Of a stretch of 64,000 nucleotides of DNA, positions 53,442-64,000 are shown one piece after another. Made by a program: the position numbers and the translations under genes. The notes beneath the pieces were generated by a model. That model made no database searches, was not told the origin of the DNA, and saw only the letters and a list, made by a program, of their open reading frames with translations. Positions within the stretch are counted from its first letter, which is position 1. Every line of letters begins with the position of its first letter. The stretch lies in contig NC_081331.1 of the NCBI RefSeq assembly GCF_022539665.2, positions 4,278,001 to 4,342,000 of the forward strand, read 5' to 3'. This stretch comes from Daphnia carinata (lineage: Eukaryota).

Positions 53442-54966
53442 GTTTAGTTTTGTATTTTAAAAAATTCAATGAAGTTAGGGGAAACTTTGTGTGCGCCCAC
53501 ACAACGAAAAAGTTCGGTTTAGAAAAGAACGACTCCAACGGCGACTTGTCAAAAATAAAAAAAGGTCAATAAATAAAATAAAAAAAAAAAATAAAATAAA
53601 TTGAAAATCGAAAGCGAAACGAAAGAAAAAGTTTTCGTCGTGTCCTTGCCCTTCTTTTGCTTTTCATTTCTCTATCTCGTTTTTATACATCCGCGCCGAC
53701 AGCTTACGACTCTGAAATAGCGTTGGCAAAAAACAAGCCCCAAAGCTTACACTATGTAACGTCCACGCGTGATTTTTTTTTTCCTTTTTCACTACCACCA
53801 GTCAAAACGTGACTGCACACTTTGGAACAAATTCAAGCCCTAAAAAAAAAAAAAAAAAATTTGAAATCGAGAAAAAAATTACACGGCACTAAGAAGCGCT
53901 CTTCGTAAACGAACGATATATATTTTGAGAGGACTTGTCGACAAGCACGACATGGCGTAGTCTATCATACGTTGTTGAAACATAAATATAGAACGTGCAC
54001 TAACCTTTAAAAGCCTCTCAAATTTTTTTTTTTTTTTTTGCCATTTAAACTTTAAGACAAAAGAAACACGTTGAAATGGGAAACCTGTCGTATGGGATTC
54101 GTCGTCGTTCATCATTATCAATGCCTTTCACCCTTTTGTGCTGGACTGAGTCCGTTTTGTTGCGCACTTAATGTAACGGGTCACCCGTTAAAAAAAAAAA
54201 AAAAAAGATCTGCGCGTTTTCTTGTGCGATGCTTCGGCCAGCTGGCAACGTGACAATAGAAATCAGCCGTTTGGCCAGCTCTCTTTCACCCCGAATAAGT
54301 AGTAGCTATAGATGCTATATAGTGTAGTGAGAGCTAAAACTATAGAGCTCCGCTCTTGTGCGTCTAACGCAACTTCGGGCGGCTTCTCGCTTTCACCCGA
54401 CCGCATCCGACAGCAGGGACTTGTTGGAAAGCATTTTTTTCTTCTTTCTTTCTTTCTTTCTTATTGTGTAGTCAGTCATTTTTGTTACAATTATTAGTAG
54501 TTGTTTTTTGTGTTTTTTTTTTTGTAGAAAAGACAACAATTCGTCAATAAATTAAGTACGCGCAATTCTTGCGGGAAATTTTGAACAAAAAAAAAACTTG
54601 TTTTCGTTTCGTGAGTTGTTTTTCGTAATGTTTTAATAGGTAGACCACAACGAGACAGTGTTCGAACCTATAAGGAAAAAGAAAAAAAAAGATGAGTTGC
54701 GTAAATGGCTCGACTGGCTCGGATATTTATTCTTCACGCTTTTTTGTGTTACGTACGCGCACACATTTCGCGTGCCATAGTTTCAATTAATGTGTCTATA
54801 CAGACGCGGATATTTTCGGTTACAGGCCGTTAAATTCTTCTCTTTTTTTTTTTATCTATCGCTCGCGTGTTTTCATTTTTTTTTTTTTTTTTAACCGCTT
54901 CGTTTTTTATATTTTTTACGAGTTGCCTCTGTGTATCTCCTCCGCATTTTATGTATTGCTCATTTT

Positions 54967-55001
<35 letters not shown>

Positions 55002-57656
55002 GCGGTGAAGAACGAGAACTTAAAAAACTTCGCCATACATTTTCCTCATTCTTAGCAATCGATTCGCCAGCTTTGTTGGCGAAACGTATGCATTTAGCGT
55101 GTCCTGTGTTAATGCGTCTAGTACATGTCGCAATGGTCGATGCGTTGGGTACATTGTTTGCTGCTTTTAAGTCTTTCCTCGGACGGATTAACTTTTGCTT
55201 TCTTTGTCGAACAGATCTTTCTAGGGCAGTAGGTGGTATTAGTTATCATAATTGCGTATTAGGTTTATTTTCTCCCCCCCCCCCCCTTCTTGTCTTGTAC
55301 GCTTTAAATTGCTAAGCACAGCCAAGGCCGTGTTGAATTTTCCGGTGCGCTGTGCTGATGTGCTGTCTAATAAGTACATTTAAAGACGCCTATGTGGCAA
55401 ACATAGACGATGGGGGAGGCCGGCTAATAGGCAGGTGTGCACAGGTGAAGGCCGCGGCTGCCTTAAGCAGCGGTTCACCATCATTAAAATAGCCACGGAG
55501 AAAAAACAACGCAAGCCCTACCAACACGACCGCCGCGTTTTACTCAACGACCTTTTCGTTTTTTTTCCCAATTAGTTATCTTTCCCTTTCTCACCAGAAA
55601 ATTACTAATGAAACTTCCGTCAAAACGCATTTTCGTTAGGGAAAAAACGTTCATTTTTTTTCCCCTTCTTTCTGGAGAATGAAAGAAAACAAATTTTTTT
55701 TTTTTTTTTTTTTAAATGTGACGTAGGTCAAGACATCTAATAAAATAGCGAACTTATTTTGTTTTTGAAATAGAACATCGCTTGAATATGTTACACATTA
55801 CATCATTTGCTTTCTCTAAGAAATGCGTGTCTCTCTTGTTTCTCTGTGTGTTTGGCCATTTTCTTTTCTGTTAACGGCCCATCAACAGCAAAGGACGACT
55901 TTTTTTTTTTTTTTTACCTTATTCAGCACGAAATCAGGTGCGTCCTCGTGTGGCACCGCCAAAAAGAAAACAAAAAAGTCTCGTTTTCTCTCGTTCTTGT
56001 GCGTGTGTGTGCGTGTGTCGCCCGAAAAGAGAGAGAGACTCTTCGGCACCTGACAACAAGAAATTCTGCCTCGGATGACAAAAAGAAAATCAAAGCTGTA
56101 AACATGTGTGTTCGAATCCAATTAATTCCAATGACACGCGCAAGTTTTTTTGTTTTTTTTTTTCTTTCTTTCTTTCTTTCGATAACATACTAATCTTAAC
56201 AGCGGTTACCCTTCTACGTACATTTAACGCGGATTGTTAGGGGAAAGCGAAAATTACACGTTTATTAGCGAAAGGGGATTTTTTTTTCCTCAAAACTGCG
56301 GCTGGGGTCTCATTTTGTTTTACAAAAGAACGGAGCCCAACGGGCGGAAAAAATAAACACACATACGTCACTTCTTTCGCTTCCGAATTTGAAACAGAAA
56401 AAAAAAAAAAAAAAAAAAAAGAAGAGAAAGACAAGCAAAGGTAGAGAGCGAGATATTATAGCATTTCTTTCACAAACAGGTTTTTGCGTGTTTGTCTCGA
56501 GGGGCGGTCTATACACACGGACTGCTATGGCCAACGGTTTTTGGCGCCGGTTTTTCTTCTTCTTTCGTGAGACATCGCCACCACTTTCTACGCACACCAC
56601 ACGTATACGGCACACACACACATGTATATGCATTTATACGCTAAATATATGCTGAAACGGCTGCGGCTACTACCGTAGACTATATAATGTGAGATGTCGG
56701 GACAAGATGAAGAGACCGCTCCCGGAGAAACGGGGAGAAAGGCAAAACAGAAAAGAGAAAGATGTTTTGCGGTGCTGCTACTTTACACGAAAGGTGATTG
56801 CCGGCTAGTTGAATGTAGGGAATTTTTGGAACAAGCGGGGAAAAGATGGAATAACAATTTCGATTTTTAGTCGACAGGAAATAGCGATCGAAAAAAAAAA
56901 AGAAGAAAACGTTCACATGTACAGCGGATGAAAGATCAATCAGCCATAAAAATCGGATCGTGTATCAAATACCCTTGAACGTTTCTTCCTTTTTGTAAAC
57001 TTTTTTTTTTTTCCCGGCAGTCAGAAATCAATACGAAGCGCATTTAAAAAAAAAAGAAAAGAAAACGAGAATCGTTTCCTGATAAACCTGTGAGGCGTTT
57101 AATTTTCCTGTTTTTTTTTTGTTTTATTTCTTTTTTTTTCTAATTCATTTCTTTTTCAACCTAACTTTTTTTTTTTTTTTTTATCTATACGGTGTCTTAA
57201 TGGAAAACCGGCCGCTTTGAAGTGCCTATCTTGACACAACGCCGAATATTTCATTTCCTTCTTTGTTTTTGTTTTTTTTCTATTTACAACGGCCAAAATT
57301 TTTTATGGTTTGGAATCAATGACCGCGCGATGTGTAAATTCTTGAATTTATTTATTTTTTCTCTCCTTTAATTGCTTCTTTGTCCTCTGATTCCCAATCA
57401 CCCACCTGTCGAATTTGTTTTTCTTTTCGCACAGGGGAAAGAATTACAAAAAAAAAAAATTAAAAATGCTAATCACGTAGACGACTGCTTGTCATGCAAT
57501 GCGATCCTTAAGGTTAATTGAACACTGTCAGGTGTACCTTTAAAGAAATTCTATTTTCGCAGTTGGGTTATAGGCACTTTCGACCTTCAAAATAAATTGA
57601 ACTCACCACAGATAGAAAAAGACTAGCGAAATCAAACTTACCCATGGGAATGCCAT
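51315..57656 (-). CDS. Secreted Gln/Pro-rich low-complexity protein, about 398 aa, no recognisable globular domain
   Basis: Exons 52836-52540 (GKSKVMLSVLVILLASESLAQ..., signal peptide), 52340-52107 and about 51965-51315 are all phase 0 and stay in a QQP/QQF-rich frame. A plausible first coding exon is 57656-57642 (MAFPW|gtaagt). Alternative starts are ATG|gtaatc at 52994-52992 or the internal ATG at 52821, so the 5' end is uncertain. Confidence 0.8.
51591..51700 (-). repeat. Coding polyglutamine (CAA/CAG) repeat, interrupted by Leu
   Basis: A plus-strand (tgt/tgc)n tract translating on the minus strand to QQQQQQQQQQLQQQQLQQQQQQQLQQQQQQQLQQQQQ. Confidence 0.95.
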
Positions 57657-58159
57657 GTTGAATTAAATAATGATGCGCTTTTTGAGAGGAAGGGGGACCC
57701 GATTTGCGGCGGCAAGTTTGATTGATTCAAATGGAAAACCACCAAAGTCGAAGAGAATGCGGTTTAATGAGCAAAACAAAAATGTGCGTGTCTTTTATGT
57801 GCAGCTGTTTATTACAGAAGGCACTGTCGTAACACTTGAAAACATCACATCACATAAAAAATAAACCCGAAGACAAACAAATGAAGCGCGTCCGCTTTTA
57901 ATTTCAGTCCCGGCTGTCGATTTTTTTTTTTTTTTTTTGCTTAACCGGACCAAACAAAGCAGCAGATGTTTTCTTTGGTGCCGATGAATCGTGAAAAAAG
58001 ATCTCTGCGCCCGAAGAATGGAACACTAATAGCGACGCCAACTGGAACACGGACACATATAAAACAGAGGAGGAGAGCACCTTTGTGAATAATTTTTGAA
58101 TATTGGCCTTTTTAGCGATAAACTGGCAGGGCCACCAGTGCTGTGGCCAGCGTATGTGA

Positions 58160-58203
58160 AACGAGTGAGCCCGGCCGTGTTTCTTTCTGTGCGGGTATAT
58201 AGT
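58160..58203 (-). promoter_or_regulatory. Putative core promoter of the Q-rich gene
   Basis: Minus-strand CTATATAC at about 58202-58195, with TCACTC about 33 nt downstream and about 500 nt upstream of the candidate first coding exon. Confidence 0.3.
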
Positions 58204-61200
58204 GGCCCAGCCAGTCTAAGCCCAGGCTTCTCTCAGTCAGTGAACTTTCACTCTCTGTTGGCGATGGCCAAGTCTCTGGAAAAAAAAAAAGAAAAAGGAA
58301 AGAGAGAGAGAGGAAGAAAAGGGGCGGGAGAAGAAGAAAAAGGTGGACAAGAAAAAGGTGTATATCTGCAAAGAAACAAACTAAACTTTACGCCAGTATT
58401 GACGGAGGAGGACAGCTGGCCAACATCAAACCACTGACGGAATAAAAATACCTGAAAACTATTCACGTTATTTTTTTTTTGTTTTTTTTTTTTATATTAT
58501 TTTAACGGAACACATATCGAATAGATGTAAGAAAGCGAAGAGGACAGTAGCCCCAGCAAAAACCCAAAAAGTTCGACCTTGGCAAAGGCCTTCCAATCAG
58601 ACTGCAGTTGTGGGATGGAAAATCCAGTAAAGAGTTGTTGTACACGTGAACCCTGCGCCTATATGAAGCTCGACCTTTTTTTTTTTATATATACATTCAA
58701 CTCTCATTTGTAGCTCAGCCTTTTCTGTTTATATCTTTTTTTTTTTTTTAACAATGGTCAGGTTCTTCTTATTTAGTTCTATTTTTTTGTCCTATCTTTA
58801 TGAGGTTATTCCTCCCGTGTTGCGCTTGTGTCTCTGATTTGAATTCATTAAATTTTGTTTTTATGAATTCATTCCTTTAAAGCTAAAGTTTTGAAAAAAT
58901 GAAGCAACCAGGCCAAAACATAGAGCGTGACCTTGCCGTTGGACCGTAACAATTGACGAGGCACATACCCTCTGATGTTCGTGCTCAACATTTACCGTCA
59001 TAACCAGTTTTTTTCCGTTGTTGTCGTTACATCGCCTAGAAGTCTATCGCTTTGCTATTGGATGATGGAAATGAAAATTCGGGCCGTCTCTCCGGTCGAT
59101 GGCCTTTGAGCGTCTTCTCTACTGCCTCTCCCGTTAAAAAAAAAAAAAAAACATTCCTCGACTTGTTTCTTAAGAGTTTTTTTCGTTGTTTTTTCTTTTT
59201 TAGCTTCTGTGTTATGTCGTTTGTTTGTTTTATTTATTTTTTTCTATTTCTCTCGACTTGAAAATCGACTTAACAGGGGCGATTTGATGGAAAGCTGATT
59301 AGAAATCACGTGTATGTGTGTCCCCTTTGTTTCTCTTGCTAGCTCCTATCCTACTCTCCTTGATGGCCCATCAATCGTTGGTGTACCTTGACAGGTATGC
59401 AGCCAGCAGCCTGTCGTGCACTATACGTCTGTATATAACACACACGTGTGTGTGTGTCTAAGAAAAGAAGGGGGGTTCTACGCATAAACGCTCACCGCTA
59501 GGTGACATCAACTTCAAAGGCCTCTTTTCACTTTCCATTCGACTGAGATCGAATTGTTCATTCTATTTATGCAGACGCACAAGTCCGACATAACTCTTGT
59601 GCGCTTTAAATAGACTGACGTACTACGCCTTTATTCACAATACACCTAGTAAATCAATTTATCGTTGAATGGAGTTCAGTAAGAGAGGGTCGCCATCAGT
59701 AAAGATCCGGTGTGTCAGGGGGGGGGGGGGGGACTAGGGTTCGGCTGTTGTCGAAATGTATGTGCGTATGGACATGAAAAGGAAAGTGGTGTACATGTCG
59801 GACCGATCTTATAGCAGAGGGGGGTTTGCTATACGACAGCCCGTCCAAAATGAAGATAAAGAGAGGGAAAGAAAAAAGCCGGCGCCAGTGGTATATTTAT
59901 ATATGTATACGTACCACGTACAATAACGTATCCGTATCGCTATATATGGGGCTATATACGTACACATCCCGAAAGACGGTCTATCCGTAACAGATTGTTT
60001 TGTGTCTTATTTTTTTTTCCCTTTTGGGTGGGGGTCCAAATCTTTTTGAATCGTTTTTTTTTTCTTGCCTCTCAAAACGTACTTATTGAGGACCTAGATG
60101 TGACCCCGAAAATACAAACAGAGACTGTCTTCACTGAAAATGGAAACGGAAATTTACAAAACACTCTTTGCTATTTTGCTTTTTAGAATAATTCTTTAAG
60201 TTTACGTCGACAAGAACTCGTCACTTGTTATAGCTCACATTTCTTCTTTTTTTTTTTTTGTCCACACGAATATTGTCGTCGCGTGAGTACAAACATCAAC
60301 AGTGGATGCAAACATGGGCGGGGAGCAGCACTCCAGTGTTCCATTATTTTCTATCCGGCACGCATGACCCCACATTCATATACTACACTCATCTCCATCA
60401 TCCCATTTCACGATCAACATTTATTTCTTTTCTCACTCTCGCCATATATCAAGTTGGAACGCTGCACGTCACGCTGATGACTTTCAATCATCCGCACGAT
60501 GGCCTTGTGTACGCCATTTTTATTTATACACGTCTGCCGATGTAACGTGTCAATCTAGGCATCGCTTTTACTTTCGCATTTTTCATGCATATAACTTTCT
60601 GTGAGAACAACTCATTAACCGATTTGAAATGCGACGAAACAAAAAATTATGAAAGTTTCTTGATTTTTCTCGTGTTTTATCGTTTCAAAATTAAACCTCT
60701 AATTGTACTATATTTGCTGGCCATTCCACGAAAATGCGGGTTTTATTTTTGAGTACCATAACTGGATTGCGACAGTTTTCTTGTGCTCCTTTTTTTTTTT
60801 TGCAGCTATTCCAAAAGATAAGCAGACGGCACGGTCTCGTGAGTCATCGTCGTGACAAGTTTGACTCTTGTAGTCTTTCACCCGTTTCTAGTTCGTTCTT
60901 TTCCCAAGTCCAGTGCTGTGGTGTCCAGCACGTTAGTTACGCACGCCTTTCATTGTCGTCGACTGGATCAATCGCTCGTTTTTTTTGAATCAACTGCCCG
61001 TAACGTAATGGTATTACACGACATACCTTGACCAACATTCAAATTTTCAAATGAAGGAGCGGGAAATCAAATAAGAGTCTTCCTTTTTGAGGAAAGAATC
61101 ACAACAACAAAGCTAGACCTTGTGACCTTCCAAGTCCATCCATACAAGAGCGACCTTCCAGCTCTTCACACACACAAAAAAAAAAACAGAGATGAATTCA

Positions 61201-64000
61201 AACCATAAAAAAGACCTTGCCTCTTTTGAGATTATCTCCGATGGGGAGCAATAATGCGTATAATTCTAACAGAAAAAAAAAATTGAAGAAGAAACGTTGA
61301 AAGCACTTCACTTTTTATGCTGTGTATGGTCTACATTAATTCATACTATAAGCCTCTTTTGTGTACATCATCTATAATGAAGCGAAGCGCAAGAAGGTCG
61401 TGAGCCCCATGGCGGCATAGACGAGCAGCGTTTAATAGCCAGCGGGTCTCAGGGATAGGACCCGGGTCGTCCATCCGCGTATATACGTAACCAAGTTTTT
61501 CCCAGTTCCTCCCCTCTCCTTAGAACGAAAAAAAAAAAAAGGACAAACAATAAAATTCTCGGCACGTCCTGAAAGAACGCCACTAACCTTGCTTCATCGC
61601 GGCCAAAAAGTCATTTTCTTCTTTGGGCAGCAAAGAAAAAAAAGAGGGGGAGAGCAAAAGCAAGAGATAAACAAAATCACGTGACCAAGGTCGTGATGCC
61701 ATGGACCATGGCAACGCCAAGTCCCTTTTGTTTTCGGTTCATATTGTATAGTGACAGAGTTAAAATCTATTGTGTTTCGACGATAGCCGGATCTTTGGAA
61801 ATCCGATGGATTGCATCGACATTGTTTTGGTTTTTTTTTTTTTTTTTTTTTTTGGGAAAAAAAAACACATCGAACAAAGTCGAAAGAGTTGTCTTACCCT
61901 TCCTTTTTTTTCGGCCACCAACTGATTTACAGCAGCACTTCTTCTTTAACTATGACGTCAGTAGACCTTGATGGAGCGGCGCAATGGTGTTTATTTAAAA
62001 GAAAAAGAAGAATAACTCTCAGGTATATGCGCGTAACGGACATTATCCTACAGGCAGATCGTAATCTCAAACCATTTACGTGAATCATTAGGCCAAGGCA
62101 AACTTTTCTCTACTAATTTCCCTTTTTTCTTCAAATTTAAATATTTTATTCCTATTTTTACGACGGCAAAACATGAAACATTCTTTCCACAAAAAAAAAA
62201 GGAAAAGGAGTTTGAATCGATAAGCAGAATATTTATACGCATAATTTTTAATGTATTATATCAATCGTTTGTCAAGCGAATCGAACGATGACGGGCCAAA
62301 CTCGGCGAAATTGTGACGAGACGTCGTTCCAGCCGGTTTTTTTTTTTATTCCAACTCGTTCCAAGAGAAGCCCTTTCTACAACTTAGTTGGAAAAAAAAC
62401 CACTTTGCAATGTAAAACTGCATTTATTTATGTTTATTTGTCTCCATTGGTTGAGCAACAAGTACCCGTCCGAATCGCAATGGCGCAAGGTTCTTGATAA
62501 ATGCACAAGGCCGAGCAAGGCTGATTATTTGCTTATAAACAGGTCGCACGCTATCAGTGTTGTTACATACGCGCACGGGGGACTATAACGGCATAACCGG
62601 CTCCGAACTGACATGCTTATTTTTCTATATTTATACACATCCCACTCTCTCTTGCGCGTATCGGGGATTTTCTCATTTTTCTTTTCGTTTTGTTGTTCCA
62701 CCTCCGCAAAGAGCTTCTCATCCATTGACGGCGAATAGCAGTGTCTAACAACTTTGATGGGAGATTTGAAAAAAAAAAGAAAAAAATTGCGTGATGATGA
62801 GAGAATCACGACGCCACACAAGAGTTAAGGGAAGGCCGGGATGAAATGTCGCACGGGCATGCCGACGTCGACGATTTATTATTAGAAGGTACGGGCGTGT
62901 GTGTAACCATCGACATTGGCCCGTCTTTTTTTTTTTGCCCGTCCGTAAGAGCTGACGTCAAATTATAATGCCTTTCACTTTATGATTTTAGTTTTTTTAT
63001 TTATTTCTTCAATACTCATGTCAATTTTGTCTATACATTTTGCCTTTAGGCTTTGAATAATGTTTTCTACGTGTACACGTTTTGTTTTTATAAATTTCGT
63101 TTTTTTTTTTTTTTTCATTTCTTGTGATGGTGACGATAGTTCTCCTTTTCTCGCGTGTTTATGATTGCGTGTGTAGCCCGAAAATTGTTGATTCGATATT
63201 CAAATTGGATTGGAATTCGGGGACTAGGAAAAAATGCGCACAACGCAGCAAAAATGTTTGACAAGCGTTTGGTTTCCGACGTGAGAATATCACGTATCGT
63301 GTCGTTTTTTTTTACCTCGTTTGTCGTTCGATCGCGTGAGTTGCATACTGCACCGAATTTGTAGGACGTGTGTGTCCTAGGGCCGGTTTATAAGAAATTG
63401 TGTTTTGTGCGTACAAGGAAGGAAGCACACCAAACAAAGAAAAAGTCGAACACTTCCATAATAACACTCGTAAATAAGAAAAAAACAAAAAACAAAAGAT
63501 AATCAACAAAACGAACAAGAGAGAACAACGTCATTTAGTGAATAGGTAATCATATCATTTTCGCACTGGGGAAAACCCGACAACAAACATTGTGTTGTTA
63601 TCGCGATATCGCACCGCATAAGAACCCACCAGAAACCGCAAATGTCAAACGAAACAAGAACGAAAAACCCAGGCTCTCTTCTAGCTTTCAGCTAAAATTC
63701 GCGAATGCGATAGAGACTCTTTCTTTAGCCTCACGTGAGAGCGGCGGCTAGAAAAATTGACAAGGGAAGCGGGTCACGCTATTTCGCATAACAGCGTGCG
63801 GTCATTCCATTTGATTGAAGGTTTTTTCTTCTTCTTTTTCGGCCGCTCAATTATCAGCAATTTTGACGCTGTGGCGCCAGTGATGACTAACGTATGTTTT
63901 TAGACATAACGGCCCATGTTTGTGGCGAGGCAGTAGAAAAGAGTAAAGAATAATATAGACGAGCTCTCCTGTTTTGCGATTGGATCGAATGGCGGTCTCA

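Noticed and set aside
58300..64000. Possible genes in the last 6 kb
   Set aside because: Only short low-complexity ORFs; this looks like intergenic or regulatory sequence.

Overview
Eukaryotic, intron-containing genomic DNA from an arthropod. It is probably a cladoceran crustacean such as Daphnia, an inference from the arthropod-type genes, the many 57-90 nt introns and the very abundant poly(A)/poly(T) runs. I assembled six spliced protein-coding genes by hand. On the + strand: an HSDL2-type short-chain dehydrogenase that seems to lack the SCP2 domain (12118-13770), and a TkR99D-type tachykinin receptor with a GC-AG intron (16165-26492). On the - strand, four co-oriented secreted-protein genes form a cluster of about 30 kb: a spaetzle-family cystine-knot ligand with a long Q/P-rich prodomain (27831-32768), a Pro/Tyr/Gln tandem-repeat protein (35724-37520), a second 7-exon spaetzle-family ligand (43226-45537) whose knot is mostly invisible in the ORF track, and a Q/P-rich protein with no globular domain (51315-57656). 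A cluster of NF-kB-type sites with CRE and GATA motifs lies upstream of the second spaetzle, next to a candidate small secreted-peptide gene on the opposite strand. I found no tRNA, rRNA, CRISPR array or intact mobile element. Most entries in the ORF track are homopolymer artefacts.
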